From contig OY761556.1 of NCBI GenBank assembly GCA_963664705.1, positions 4,000,001-4,064,000 of the forward strand: 64,000 nucleotides of DNA, in the 5' to 3' direction. A program made the translations under genes and the position numbers. Source of the stretch: Acidobacteriota bacterium. GTDB taxonomy: Bacteria > Acidobacteriota > UBA6911. Shown piece after piece: positions 27,693 to 37,983 of the stretch. The notes under the pieces were generated by a model. The model saw nothing but the letters and a program-made list of their open reading frames with translations. It made no database searches and was not told the DNA's origin. How positions within the stretch are numbered: the first letter of the stretch is position 1; each line of letters starts with the position of its first letter.

Positions 27693-28943
27693 ATGAAAAA
27701 CAAAAAGCTGTTCACAATTCTCTTCATTTTGTTGTTCCCCGGTATTTCGCGATCCGACAGCCAAAAGCCTGAAACCAATGTAAACGAGCGCTACGTGGTG
27801 GAAGGGATCGAATTCAGCGGCATTGCAGATACCGCCATCAGCAATGTCTTGCGCGATGATGCGCAAAAAATGGTGGGCGAAAAGTATAACGAAAAAACTG
27901 CCGACGAGATCACTGCGCGACTCCGAAGCGAACTGAGGCGATATACCGTCGACCTGAAGGTTGAACGCGGGGAGAAGCCCGATCACGTGAAAGTTGTGTT
28001 TTGCGTGGAGAAGATCCCTGCGCATTTCATCGGCGCCAATTTCCCGCTTCTCGTCTATCATTCCAAAGAAGGTTTTAGTGGAGATCTGCAGATCCCGATT
28101 GAAACGCATCATAACGTCTTCACCTTTGGATTCGTCAACGATGCGGACCGTTTGCTCGAGCGCGAGGCGGGATACCGATTTCGCTATGAACACCGAAAGG
28201 TCGGAACCGACGCGCTTCGTCTGCGGTTGGATTTCGACACCTACCACGAAAAATTCAACCGGGCCACGGAGTCAGCCCTGGCGCAAAGCCCCGATATCCC
28301 CGGGATCTACCGCGCACGCCAGAATTTTGCGCCGTCGTTTTCGTTTCATTCAAAACTCGGGCTGTCTCTGGCGGCGGGACTGAGTTTTCAGCGGCTTCAA
28401 TTTCAATACCCAGAGTTGCACACGCTGACGGCCTACTCCGCTACGGCGGATATTGCATACAGCCCTGCACTACCGGACCTTGGAGAATACCGACAGGACC
28501 TGTCGGTGGCCTATAGCCTTCGAAGTGCCACGCAGATACTGAACAGCGATCTGGTATATACACGTCACTCTTTTACGGGAGACTATACCATCGCCAACCG
28601 GAAACACCTCTTCGGAGCTCATTTCAGAGGCGGCTACGCAAACGGAAATGTGCCCCTGTTTGAGCGCTTCGTTTTCGGCAACAGTTCCACGCTGCGCGGG
28701 TGGAATAAGTTTGATGTGGCTCCGCTTGGCGGAACACGCGCCGCGCAAGGATCTCTGGAATACCGATACCGGCATTTCCAGACTTTTTATGATCTTGGCA
28801 CAGTGTGGGATTCCGGGCAGTTTTCAAAAGTCAGGCATGGATTTGGATTCGGCCTGGTATCGCGGCACATGTTCGTATCTCTCGCTTTCCCCATACGACT
28901 TCATGATGTTGCGCCGGTCTTTATGATCGGCTTCGGGAATTGA
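27693..28943 (+). CDS. Omp85/BamA-TamA superfamily outer-membrane protein (short, single POTRA-like domain)
   Basis: GGAGG RBS, signal peptide, YVVEGIEFSG POTRA-like start, PLFERFVFG..STLRGW (VRGF/Y-like loop 6), SLEYR, FYDLGTVW, GFGFGL. Confidence 0.75.
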   Translation: MKNKKLFTILFILLFPGISRSDSQKPETNVNERYVVEGIEFSGIADTAISNVLRDDAQKMVGEKYNEKTADEITARLRSELRRYTVDLKVERGEKPDHVKVVFCVEKIPAHFIGANFPLLVYHSKEGFSGDLQIPIETHHNVFTFGFVNDADRLLEREAGYRFRYEHRKVGTDALRLRLDFDTYHEKFNRATESALAQSPDIPGIYRARQNFAPSFSFHSKLGLSLAAGLSFQRLQFQYPELHTLTAYSATADIAYSPALPDLGEYRQDLSVAYSLRSATQILNSDLVYTRHSFTGDYTIANRKHLFGAHFRGGYANGNVPLFERFVFGNSSTLRGWNKFDVAPLGGTRAAQGSLEYRYRHFQTFYDLGTVWDSGQFSKVRHGFGFGLVSRHMFVSLAFPIRLHDVAPVFMIGFGN

Positions 28944-29530
28944 GGGCCGCCATGCCAAACCGCCTGCGCCAATTCCTGTTGATTGCCCTTTTGGGAATCC
29001 TGTTTGCTGAAGCCGTGGCCCAGTCACCACTGATTAAGCCTGAGCGTAAGGGGGATTCCATCCATATAATTGCCCCTGGAGTACACTTCCTCACAGGCCA
29101 AGCGTTACAAAAACTGCAAAATGGATCCAGCGTTACCTACGCAATGACTCTGGCTGCATTTGCGGAAAATGCCAGGAAGCCGGTTACCATAACGAGGGAG
29201 ATATTCACTGTCAGCTATGATCTCTGGGAGGAAAAATACTCCGTGATGCAAAATCGATCCGGGCAATCCATTTCACGGCTTTCCATTCCGGCGGCTGAAT
29301 CCTGGTGTCTTGAAAATATCGCAATTCCTGTGCGGGCCATTCCGGAACGGCTTTCTTTAGTATTAAAGTTTGATTGTTCGGAGCAGGGCAGCAGTGAAAG
29401 TGCGGAAGCTCAGGAGCACTCTTCGCTGACGCTTGCCGGCTTAATTGATGTTTTCGGACGGAAAAAAGTTGATGCGCCCTTTCACATGGAAGCCGCCAGC
29501 GGATTGTTCCGGATAGCGGATTTCAGGTAA
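28940..29530 (+). CDS. Secreted hypothetical protein (DUF4390-like by position and motif)
   Basis: Signal peptide; LQNG..VTY, VSYDLWEEKYSV resemble DUF4390 proteins that precede ntrY-like kinases. Confidence 0.55.
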   Translation: MRAAMPNRLRQFLLIALLGILFAEAVAQSPLIKPERKGDSIHIIAPGVHFLTGQALQKLQNGSSVTYAMTLAAFAENARKPVTITREIFTVSYDLWEEKYSVMQNRSGQSISRLSIPAAESWCLENIAIPVRAIPERLSLVLKFDCSEQGSSESAEAQEHSSLTLAGLIDVFGRKKVDAPFHMEAASGLFRIADFR

Positions 29531-29625
29531 TGGCTCTCATCTGTCGGCACTTCGGGTATCGTTCGAGCGCCAGAACAACGGCCGCGCGCTGATATGCTGA
29601 AGTGCTGACCTTTCAGCGGCTGGAT

Positions 29626-31005
29626 ATGCGAATCAAATTCATCCTTGTCTTTATTGCAGCGACACTTCTCCCGACCGCTGCCATTCTATGGATGAGTATC
29701 GCTCTGATCGAACACAGTCTCAGCTACATCGGGACAGACGACCTTGATCGCCTGTCCCGCTCCATGCAGGCAATTGCCCGAGAGTATTATCGCAGTTCGT
29801 GCGCGGATCTGAAAAGAGACGCCCAGGCAGGCCTCATCACAGGAAAGTCCATTAAGCCCGACAAATCCGCCGCTGTGGCTATACAGCGATTTTGGGAAAG
29901 CACTGACTCCGATCGGTGCGAACTATCCGGACGCGATGGAAGTCAAATAGACTATATGCTGAGGCGCGGAGCTCAGGTAATTGTATTCACTCGGCCCCTG
30001 AATGGCATCCGAATGGAGGTCCTGACCCATCAGTATCGGCAGGCGCGCATGCAAGTGGGAAACATGCAGCAGCGCGACTTGCGCAGAGGTCTGCTTTATA
30101 CATTGATTTCCCTTAGTGCTGCGGTGTGGATACTGGCACTTGCGGCCATCGTCTATCTTGCAAACAGAATCAGCCGGCCGATCACCGATCTGACGGCAGG
30201 ATTGCATCGGCTTGCTGGCGGAGATTTCGAAGCAAGGCTGCGCAGCAAGAGCACGGATGAAATCGGCCGGGCCATAGAAGCTTTCAACCACACAGCCGAA
30301 CAACTGCGCCGGAATCGAGACCGGCTCGTCTATTTGACTCAGATTGCAAGTTGGCAGACTTTGGCCAGGAAAATGGCGCATGAGCTGAAAAATTCGCTGA
30401 CACCCATTCGCCTTACCGTGGAGGAAATACTGGCCCGAACGCCGCCCGAAAATCGAGCATTCCAGGAAAAGGCCGCCCAGATCGTCATCGATGAGGTAGA
30501 AAGCCTGGAACGCAGAGTCCACGCGTTCTCCGCCTTCGCTTCCGAACCGCACCTCAACCCGAGCCAGATCGACCTCATGGCGCTGGTAAAAGAACGCATT
30601 CGTTTTCTGGAGGTCGGACATCCGGATGTGCACTATGAGCACATGGAGAAAAGCCCGCTGCCCACAGCATTTGTTGATGTCGATCAGGTAAAGGGAATTA
30701 TCACCAATCTTCTGGAAAACGCTGCAGAGGCCGCCGGATCCGATGGTATCGTACGCACGATTACCGACTCTGATCGTGGACGCCCTGTTATTGAAGTCCA
30801 TGATTCGGGCCCGGGAGTCAGCGAAGAGGCTCGTCATTCTCTGTTTGAGCCCTCGATCTCATTCAAGAAAAACGGCATGGGTCTGGGATTGTCCATCTCA
30901 CGCAAGAATGCCCTGCTGGCCGGAGGTGATCTGAGCTTGATCGATGGCATACTGGGAGGCGCCGGATTCCGGCTGGTGCTCCCGGCAGGAGGCGAAAAAA
31001 ATTGA
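29626..31005 (+). CDS. NtrY-like HAMP sensor histidine kinase
   Basis: Two TMs, HAMP (DEIGRAIEAFN), ARKMAHELKNSLTPI, NLLENA, DSGPG, GMGLGL. Confidence 0.92.
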   Translation: MRIKFILVFIAATLLPTAAILWMSIALIEHSLSYIGTDDLDRLSRSMQAIAREYYRSSCADLKRDAQAGLITGKSIKPDKSAAVAIQRFWESTDSDRCELSGRDGSQIDYMLRRGAQVIVFTRPLNGIRMEVLTHQYRQARMQVGNMQQRDLRRGLLYTLISLSAAVWILALAAIVYLANRISRPITDLTAGLHRLAGGDFEARLRSKSTDEIGRAIEAFNHTAEQLRRNRDRLVYLTQIASWQTLARKMAHELKNSLTPIRLTVEEILARTPPENRAFQEKAAQIVIDEVESLERRVHAFSAFASEPHLNPSQIDLMALVKERIRFLEVGHPDVHYEHMEKSPLPTAFVDVDQVKGIITNLLENAAEAAGSDGIVRTITDSDRGRPVIEVHDSGPGVSEEARHSLFEPSISFKKNGMGLGLSISRKNALLAGGDLSLIDGILGGAGFRLVLPAGGEKN

Positions 31006-32348
31006 CAGCCAGGAAAATCCTGATCGTGGATGATGAAGAGAACATCGGCTCTTCGCTGCGAATGGTTCTGGAAGGAGCCGGATATTCGGTACTGATATGC
31101 CGCACGGCCGCAGATTTTCATGCGCATCTGCACGATTTCTGGGCGGATGCTTATCTCCTGGATGTCAAATTGCCGGATGGCAACGGCATCGATCTGCTCC
31201 GCGCACTGCGACAGAACGGCAGACAATCTCCCGCAATCATGATCAGCGGACATGGAACTATCGCGGATGCGGTAAGCGCCACGCGGGCAGGTGCTTTTGA
31301 TTTTCTGGAAAAACCGCTCAGCCGCGACAGGCTTCTTCTTGCTCTCAAGAACGCGCTGGAACAGGATGCCCTGAAACAGGAAAATGCCCGATTGCGCGAA
31401 ATGATAGGAGAGGGGCCGCCGATGATCGGCGCCAGCCCCGCTTTCCGGCGGATTGTGGAACAGGCGGAGCAGGTCGCCCGTTCGGATGCCCGCGTTCTGT
31501 TGACGGGAGAATCGGGAACCGGCAAAGAACTGATAGCAGCCCATCTGCATCGCAGCAGTCCGTTTGCCTCCGGTCCATTCATCAAGGTAAACTGCGCCGC
31601 CATTCCTGTTGATCTGCTGGAAAGCGAACTGTTCGGCCATGAGAAAGGCGCTTTTACGGGAGCGACCACCAGCAGGCGCGGCAAGTTCGAACTGGCCGAC
31701 GGCGGTTCCATTTTTCTGGATGAGGTAGCGGACCTGCACGAGACATCCCAAGCCAAGCTGCTTCGCGTTCTTCAGGAAGGAGAATTCCAGCGTGTTGGCG
31801 GTGGCCAGACCCTAACGGTCAGCGTACGAGTCATTTCCGCGACCAACAGAGATCTCGCGGTGCTTGTAAAGAGCAACAGATTCAGAGAAGACCTCTATTA
31901 CCGCCTGAGCGTAGTCCCAATGCGTATTCCTCCTTTGCGGGAACGGATGGAGGACGTACGGCCCCTGGCTGAATTTTTTCTGGAGGATTTCTGCAGACGC
32001 AACAATTTCAAGCCAAAACAAATTCATGAAGATGTGTGGGTATCGCTGAGAAGCTATCGATGGCCTGGAAATGTTCGGGAACTGCGCAACGTGATCGAAC
32101 GGATGGCGATATTGACTGCTTCCGAGAGCATTGGCACAGAAGCAATTCCAATGGAAATACGTCTTCAAACCGGCAGCATGGCCAACCCGGCCCTTGAAGA
32201 AACAAGGGCGAACGCCGAAAGGAATCGCATCAGGCAGGTCCTGGAGGATTGCGGATGGAATATATCGGCGGCAGCCCGGTCGCTCGGGATCGAGCGGACC
32301 CATCTTCACAAACGCATCCGCACTCTGGGTATTCTCAAAAACCAGTGA
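31002..32348 (+). CDS. Sigma54-dependent response regulator (NtrX/NtrC family)
   Basis: ILIVDDE..LLDVKLPD, GESGTGKE, ESELFGHEKGAFTGA, WPGNVREL, Fis-type HTH. Confidence 0.95.
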   Translation: MTARKILIVDDEENIGSSLRMVLEGAGYSVLICRTAADFHAHLHDFWADAYLLDVKLPDGNGIDLLRALRQNGRQSPAIMISGHGTIADAVSATRAGAFDFLEKPLSRDRLLLALKNALEQDALKQENARLREMIGEGPPMIGASPAFRRIVEQAEQVARSDARVLLTGESGTGKELIAAHLHRSSPFASGPFIKVNCAAIPVDLLESELFGHEKGAFTGATTSRRGKFELADGGSIFLDEVADLHETSQAKLLRVLQEGEFQRVGGGQTLTVSVRVISATNRDLAVLVKSNRFREDLYYRLSVVPMRIPPLRERMEDVRPLAEFFLEDFCRRNNFKPKQIHEDVWVSLRSYRWPGNVRELRNVIERMAILTASESIGTEAIPMEIRLQTGSMANPALEETRANAERNRIRQVLEDCGWNISAAARSLGIERTHLHKRIRTLGILKNQ

Positions 32349-32360
32349 AAGCCCTGCGTA

Positions 32361-32390
32361 AAATTCGTGGCAGTTGCCTGCCACGAATTT
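32361..32390. terminator. Bidirectional terminator-like hairpin
   Basis: AAATTCGTGGCAG-ttgc-CTGCCACGAATTT, 13-bp perfect stem between convergent genes. Confidence 0.7.
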
Positions 32391-32398
32391 CACAATCC

Positions 32399-34498
32399 CT
32401 ACTTTTTGTCGTCTCCGGATTCCTCAGAGTGCAGCCGCTCGAGCTCCAGAGGGTGCTCCTCTTCCATTTCGTGTTCCGAGATCTTGCCCGTAAGCCAGGT
32501 CGTGCTCATAGGGTAAACATTCGGATTCAAAAGCACAAAATAGAAATGCCAGACTACGATGGCCAGCGTTGCCAAAACCGCTTCATAGAAATGAATCGTC
32601 CTGGCGATATCCCATCCGAGCTTGGTAAGCCGGCTGATAAAATAATTGTCAAACCACATCACCAGCCCGGTCGCACTCATGATGATTACGCCCCAGATAA
32701 GCGCCCAATACTCCGCTTTTTCCGGGTAACCGAAGCGATCAAATGCCGGCTTGCGTTTGGAAAGTCCCGTAAGATGCCCGAGATTCACCCAAACGTCCGC
32801 AAGATCTTTCAGTCTGGGAAACATATCACGCAGGAATCCGCGACCATGCCGGCTCATCAGATAGAACAGATGCCAGAAGCTGACTCCCATCAGCACAGCC
32901 GCAGCTATCCGATGCAGGAGGCTGCGTATCGCAAAGAACTTGCCGCTCATCTCTCTGAAAGGAACAACCCACCAGGCATCAGGATATTTGAGCATGAACC
33001 CGGTAATCGCAAGAAGAATGAAGCTTATAAGCGTCGCCGCGTGCTGCAGTCTCGCATTGAGAGTCATGCGCACATAGTGCCGGGTCCCGGCGTGTTCCGG
33101 ATGGATAAGTCCCTGCCGCACCGCGAAACGATATTTTGTTTTTTGAATAAAATCGAGCGCGTTGTGCAGGAACATACCACCAACAACCACGATGATCATG
33201 ACGATGTAAATAATGCGGATCCAGTACAGGACGAGAACATCTGAATCCTTGCTGATGATCACGTGAACGGGCCCTTTGGCAAAATTGCTGCCGGCCCCCG
33301 GATGGCATTGTCCGCACGTGGCGGCGAGATTCGCTTTGTTGACCGTGGAGGCAGGATCCGAAGACGGCTTGATGTTGTGAACACCATGGCAACTGGCGCA
33401 ATTCGCGACTTCCACTGATCCGGCTCTCGCGGCAAGCCCGTGATAGCTATCCTGGAAGCTATTGAACTGCTGAGAGGGCAAACCATATTTCTGGCTCAGC
33501 TGCACTGAGTTGTGGCAGGATCCGCAAACCTGTACCGACACATTGGATGGAGCCACGCGGGATCGGGAATCGCGCGGACCATAAATCTCATGTTCTCCAT
33601 GGCAGCTCGTACACGTGGGCGAATCCATGTTCCCGCGCGCCAGCGCCGTCCCGTGAACACTTTCCTTATAAATGGTTCCAATCTCGGAGTGACACCGCGA
33701 GCAAGTCTGGGCCATGTTCCTTTGATTGACCATGGAGGCGGCATCGCTGGCCTTTTTCAAATCGTGCGCACCGTGGCAATCGCTGCATGTAGCCGCTTTC
33801 TGGTTACCGGCCGCCAGGGCCGCCCCGTGCACGCTTTTACTGTAGCCGGCCATAAATGCAGGGGAATACCCCACCTGTTTGAGGATATCCGGATTATTCA
33901 AATGGCACTTCAGGCAGATGGCGGCTTCATTCTTCCGGCTCTCGCCAGGAACGATGTTGTGCGCTCCATGGCACCCGGTGCAAGTCGGCGACTTGCTATC
34001 CCTGGATGTCAGGACGTTGCGATGAGCAGAATCCGAGAACTGCCGGAGTTCCTCTTCATGGCATTTACCGCAGGTACCCGAAACATTGCCTTTGCTGACC
34101 ACGGATTTTGCATCTTTGACAGACAGTATGTCGTGCGAACCGTGGCAAGACTTGCAATCGGAAACAACACCGTGGATGCTGTTTTCAAAATTTGGTGTCT
34201 CGTGACACTTGCGACAGTTTACGGGCTTGATCACCTTTGCATGCGGAATGTCGCTCATGCTAAGACCGACGTGGCAGTCCACGCAGGAAAACATCGCATG
34301 GACCGAGCCTTTGAATTTTGCCGCATCGACAAATATGGAGGTGGTCTTTCCACCTTTGCTCATGGTCAGCCCATTGTTGCTGTGACACATGAGGCAATCC
34401 TGAGCAGTCTGACAAAGGGCCGCCGGCGCAAGGGCAGTCAGAAGACAGAGAAACGTCAAGACACAAATGGAACGACGAAATGTGCAGGGTTTTTTCAT
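32399..34498 (-). CDS. Multiheme cytochrome c (13 CXXCH) fused to di-heme cytochrome b domain (CbcL-like quinol oxidase)
   Basis: Signal peptide; 13 CXXCH motifs counted; C-terminal TM domain with RLQH, LLHRIAA, EKAEYWALIWG, IHFYEA, VWHFY typical of the FdnI/HyaC-type cytochrome b. Confidence 0.9.
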   Translation of the reverse strand: MKKPCTFRRSICVLTFLCLLTALAPAALCQTAQDCLMCHSNNGLTMSKGGKTTSIFVDAAKFKGSVHAMFSCVDCHVGLSMSDIPHAKVIKPVNCRKCHETPNFENSIHGVVSDCKSCHGSHDILSVKDAKSVVSKGNVSGTCGKCHEEELRQFSDSAHRNVLTSRDSKSPTCTGCHGAHNIVPGESRKNEAAICLKCHLNNPDILKQVGYSPAFMAGYSKSVHGAALAAGNQKAATCSDCHGAHDLKKASDAASMVNQRNMAQTCSRCHSEIGTIYKESVHGTALARGNMDSPTCTSCHGEHEIYGPRDSRSRVAPSNVSVQVCGSCHNSVQLSQKYGLPSQQFNSFQDSYHGLAARAGSVEVANCASCHGVHNIKPSSDPASTVNKANLAATCGQCHPGAGSNFAKGPVHVIISKDSDVLVLYWIRIIYIVMIIVVVGGMFLHNALDFIQKTKYRFAVRQGLIHPEHAGTRHYVRMTLNARLQHAATLISFILLAITGFMLKYPDAWWVVPFREMSGKFFAIRSLLHRIAAAVLMGVSFWHLFYLMSRHGRGFLRDMFPRLKDLADVWVNLGHLTGLSKRKPAFDRFGYPEKAEYWALIWGVIIMSATGLVMWFDNYFISRLTKLGWDIARTIHFYEAVLATLAIVVWHFYFVLLNPNVYPMSTTWLTGKISEHEMEEEHPLELERLHSEESGDDKK

Positions 34499-34694
34499 AG
34501 TTGTTGCCAAGATATATCCAGGAAACCGATCGCCGCAACTAAATTCAGGCTTTCGGCCCAATAGTCACTACCGACTCAACACTCGCTATAACCGTCTTTA
34601 ATGAAGACTACTTTATCATTACCGATGCGAGGTTCGAAGCACTGAAAGCGAAAATCTGAAACATTAATAAAATGCAATTTGAAGCAATACGGAC

Positions 34695-34777
34695 CACCGA
34701 GACCGCTGGCGTCTCACCGGCAAAGGCGCCGCCGCCTTCACCTCGCTGTTGTCGCCGGGATGGCGGCGTTCCCGGTG
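34695..34777. repeat. REP-like GC-rich imperfect inverted repeat
   Basis: CACCGAGACCGCTGGCGTCTCACCGGC ... GCCGGGATGGCGGCGTTCCCGGTG with an internal AAGGCG/CGCCTT hairpin. Confidence 0.5.
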
Positions 34778-34833
34778 ACAGTGGGCAAATGCATATCTTT
34801 TCAGGCTTAGCTACGCACACGACTTGCAGTGCT

Positions 34834-37794
34834 TTACCGGTCAATGCGACGACTTTCAGGAGGGCCAAGATAGCTTGGCTTCAGGCCACCGCAATCCACA
34901 ACAATCTTCTGCAGCACGACAGCGGCATCCACCATCCAGATTTTCAGGGTGTGATATCCAGCCATTTCAATCCTGTGGACAGAGCGGACAATTCGGCCGG
35001 AATTTTTCACCGAGTCTTCCCACTCCCTATTTCCATTTCTGGCATCAAATCCTGGCGGTAGAACTTCCAGGATCTGCGGCCGCTGGTCATCAAACGATAC
35101 CGCCATTCGTATTCCCCGGTCCGGCGCGAAATTCAGGCTGGGCGCCAATGTAATCCGGACGGTCACATCTCCCGCCGATTTCAGGTACATACCATATTCC
35201 AGGCGGGGAGAATCCTGCGGGGGCAAGACGCTGCCTGATATTACCGGCATGATCGTCATCGCGGACAGAGTCTTCCCATAATCCTGTATTCTCTCCCACC
35301 GAACGCTGCCTGCCGGTATGTTCCTGGTATAGTGTTCAGCCTCTAGGGAAACAACCCCGTCTCCCTCGAGGAAGGCTCCCCGAATTGGGCTTTTTGCCGA
35401 GTACGCGCGGAATGACTGAATTTTAACATCGAGACTTTCCCCTCCTTCCCGCGTCACCCTGACACTGCCGGAGGCTGAACCTCGTGGAGCCTTGTTCCAA
35501 TCAATCGCCACCCACACCCTTTTTTCCTTCTCCACAACCCCCTGGTTCGCACTGATGGAAATCCAGGGATTACTCGGAGTCGCGGTAAATCCGAACGCGG
35601 AAGCTCCGCGGTTAAAGATGTCGAAATAGTGTCGCGATACCCCGTTGGCGTCAAATTCGGGGAGCGATGGATCTCCGGTTGAACCAGGCCAGGCCGATTG
35701 GGACCCTTCCACAGCAATGCCCATGCCTGCCTCCCTGGGCACCTGGAGGCGAATGATGGGCGGCATTACGTTCTTGGGAGGGTCCTGCCAGATCGTGTAC
35801 CCAATGTGTACCTGATCCATAAAGTGGTTCCACTTGCCGTTGCCCAGCCTATGGTTGAAATCATTCATCAAATCCGCATCCGCCTGGAAAAGTGATTCAA
35901 CCTGATCTGCCATGTCATTGGTCGCGGCTCGTCCCTGTTGCGCATACAAGGCATTTTTGCCGGCGGCAAAATACAGTTCATTTACCTGGGCGCAGGCTTT
36001 GGCGGGAAAAAGGACAAGCTGGTAGAAGGCATCCCGCGCTGCCTGCGGCAGCTTCTCAAAAACCGCTTCTGCCCTGGCAGTGATAGCTTTGTAATCCGCA
36101 ACCATCTTTTCCGCCTCACGGTAATCGGTAAGGCTGTATGTTGTCGGCTCAAGCAGTTCAGGCTTTCTGCGGCCGTTATATTTCCCGTATTGCGCAATGA
36201 TCTTTGCAGCAGCCGGACCAAAGGCAGGCCCGAACTCCCGAACCGCCCAAAGCCGTGTGTATTCATCGATATTGCTGTTCGTCCACTGTTTCGTATTCCA
36301 GCCCAGATGCATGAAATACTCGATAGGAAACTCCAGCCCTTTGAAGTGCCCGACATTGACAATCCAAATTCGATCCGCACCGTATTCCTTCGCGAGCGTC
36401 ATCTGTTCCCAGATCTTGGGAATCGGATTTGTGTTGATCCACTTGTAATTACGCGGCCCGCCGACATAATCAAAATGATAATAAATCCCTGCGCCGCCAG
36501 TTCTCTTTCGTTCAGCTTCCGTTGGAAGCCGTCGGAGGTTGCCCCAATTGTCATCCGCCCACAAAAGAGTCACATCGTCGGGAACGCGCAGTCCTTCCTT
36601 GTAATACTCCTGCACTTCCTTATAGAGACACCAGAGTTGAGGCACTCGATTGACATCGGGATTGATCTCCTCGGCAATCATCCTGCGTTGAACTCCGACG
36701 ATCTCTTCCAGCAGTGCCATGCTTTGAGCCACGGTGCCGCCGGGAATCATCGGGGTATCATCAGCCCCTCGCAACCCGATTGTCAGAATGCTTTCGTAGT
36801 TCCGGTTGCGCCGGATTCCCTCCCGCCAGAATGCCTGGAGCACATCGGGGTTCTTGTAGTAGTTCCAGTTTCCCAATATCTTGCGATAGCGTCGATCCCA
36901 CTCCTTTTGCGCGCGCAGCATGGGTTCCTGGTGCGACGTCCCCATAACAATCCCGTATTCATCAGCAAGCCTGGGGTTCTCCGGGTCGTCTTCATTAAAG
37001 GCATTGTTCCACATCGCCGGCCATAGGTAATTGCCTTTCAGCCGGAGAATCAGTTCAAAAAGCTTCGCATAGAATTGGCTGTTGTAATTCGCGACATTTG
37101 CCGGAATAGGAGGGTATTCGCTGGTCGGCACATAGCCGAACTTTTCGGCAACCCATCCACTCAGGTCCGGGGATTCATCATTTAGAAAAATCCCCCGGTA
37201 TCGGACGGACGGCTCTCCCTGCTGAAATTTTCCTGCCTTTACAAACAGGCGGGATTGATGCGCAACGGGAACATCCGCCCACCAATACCAGGGAGATACT
37301 CCGATCTGCTCGCAAAGGTCATAGATTCCATAGATCGTTCCACGTTTGTCGGAGCCCGCAATAATCAGGCCATTGCGAACACCCGGCAACGGCGCCGGCA
37401 CAACCTGCAGTAAAAAAGACTCCCATTTCCCCCGGATCTGCGATACGTCGATCCTGCCTGACTTGACCAGGTCGTCAATCACCTTGCTTCTGCCGATCGT
37501 GCCTATGATAATGACGGCATTGGAAATTTGATCAATATTACTAGTAAGAGGGACATCATTGCCCGAAACCCGGGCCAGGTCGGATTTCAGGTCTCCGGCC
37601 GCCCGGATCACTCCCGGCCAATCTGCAGAATCCACCCAGAGCGTTGACGCAAGATTCCTTTGTATGAGAGGAAAGCTTCCCGGAGAGGGAGCGTTTTGTA
37701 TATATCGCGTCTGCCCGATGGCGAAAACTTCCGCACAGCAGAGCAGGAAGCACAGACCAGCCAGCAGACCAACACCTATTCCTCTTTTCATCAT
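34834..37794 (-). CDS. Glycoside hydrolase family 115 (xylan alpha-glucuronidase-like)
   Basis: GSDKRGTIYGIY, GVSPWYWWADVP, PSVRYRGIFLNDE, LRLKGNYLWPAMW, GTSHQEPM, DDNWGN, YYHFDYVG, WIVNVG, SYLGPPES; AAGGAG RBS. Confidence 0.93.
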   Translation of the reverse strand: MMKRGIGVGLLAGLCFLLCCAEVFAIGQTRYIQNAPSPGSFPLIQRNLASTLWVDSADWPGVIRAAGDLKSDLARVSGNDVPLTSNIDQISNAVIIIGTIGRSKVIDDLVKSGRIDVSQIRGKWESFLLQVVPAPLPGVRNGLIIAGSDKRGTIYGIYDLCEQIGVSPWYWWADVPVAHQSRLFVKAGKFQQGEPSVRYRGIFLNDESPDLSGWVAEKFGYVPTSEYPPIPANVANYNSQFYAKLFELILRLKGNYLWPAMWNNAFNEDDPENPRLADEYGIVMGTSHQEPMLRAQKEWDRRYRKILGNWNYYKNPDVLQAFWREGIRRNRNYESILTIGLRGADDTPMIPGGTVAQSMALLEEIVGVQRRMIAEEINPDVNRVPQLWCLYKEVQEYYKEGLRVPDDVTLLWADDNWGNLRRLPTEAERKRTGGAGIYYHFDYVGGPRNYKWINTNPIPKIWEQMTLAKEYGADRIWIVNVGHFKGLEFPIEYFMHLGWNTKQWTNSNIDEYTRLWAVREFGPAFGPAAAKIIAQYGKYNGRRKPELLEPTTYSLTDYREAEKMVADYKAITARAEAVFEKLPQAARDAFYQLVLFPAKACAQVNELYFAAGKNALYAQQGRAATNDMADQVESLFQADADLMNDFNHRLGNGKWNHFMDQVHIGYTIWQDPPKNVMPPIIRLQVPREAGMGIAVEGSQSAWPGSTGDPSLPEFDANGVSRHYFDIFNRGASAFGFTATPSNPWISISANQGVVEKEKRVWVAIDWNKAPRGSASGSVRVTREGGESLDVKIQSFRAYSAKSPIRGAFLEGDGVVSLEAEHYTRNIPAGSVRWERIQDYGKTLSAMTIMPVISGSVLPPQDSPRLEYGMYLKSAGDVTVRITLAPSLNFAPDRGIRMAVSFDDQRPQILEVLPPGFDARNGNREWEDSVKNSGRIVRSVHRIEMAGYHTLKIWMVDAAVVLQKIVVDCGGLKPSYLGPPESRRIDR

Positions 37795-37983
37795 GCAACT
37801 CCTTGCAATTCGGAGTGCGGAATTGGAATCACCTGTTCCGCCAAACCTGACCAAAATAGCGCAAAGACGGCAGGACACAAAGTTTTAAGGAATCATTTAG
37901 GCCAATGAATTCTCATGAATTTGCCTGGAATGGGAAGTCGGAGTCGTCATATTATTGCTGTTTTGTTAATTGAGGTCCCCCCT

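Noticed and set aside
33512-34564. Long antisense ORFs (also 19983-21140, 35938-37026, 39496-40632, 45957-46973)
   Set aside because: They lie opposite well-supported genes and have no motifs; expected shadows of GC-rich codon usage.
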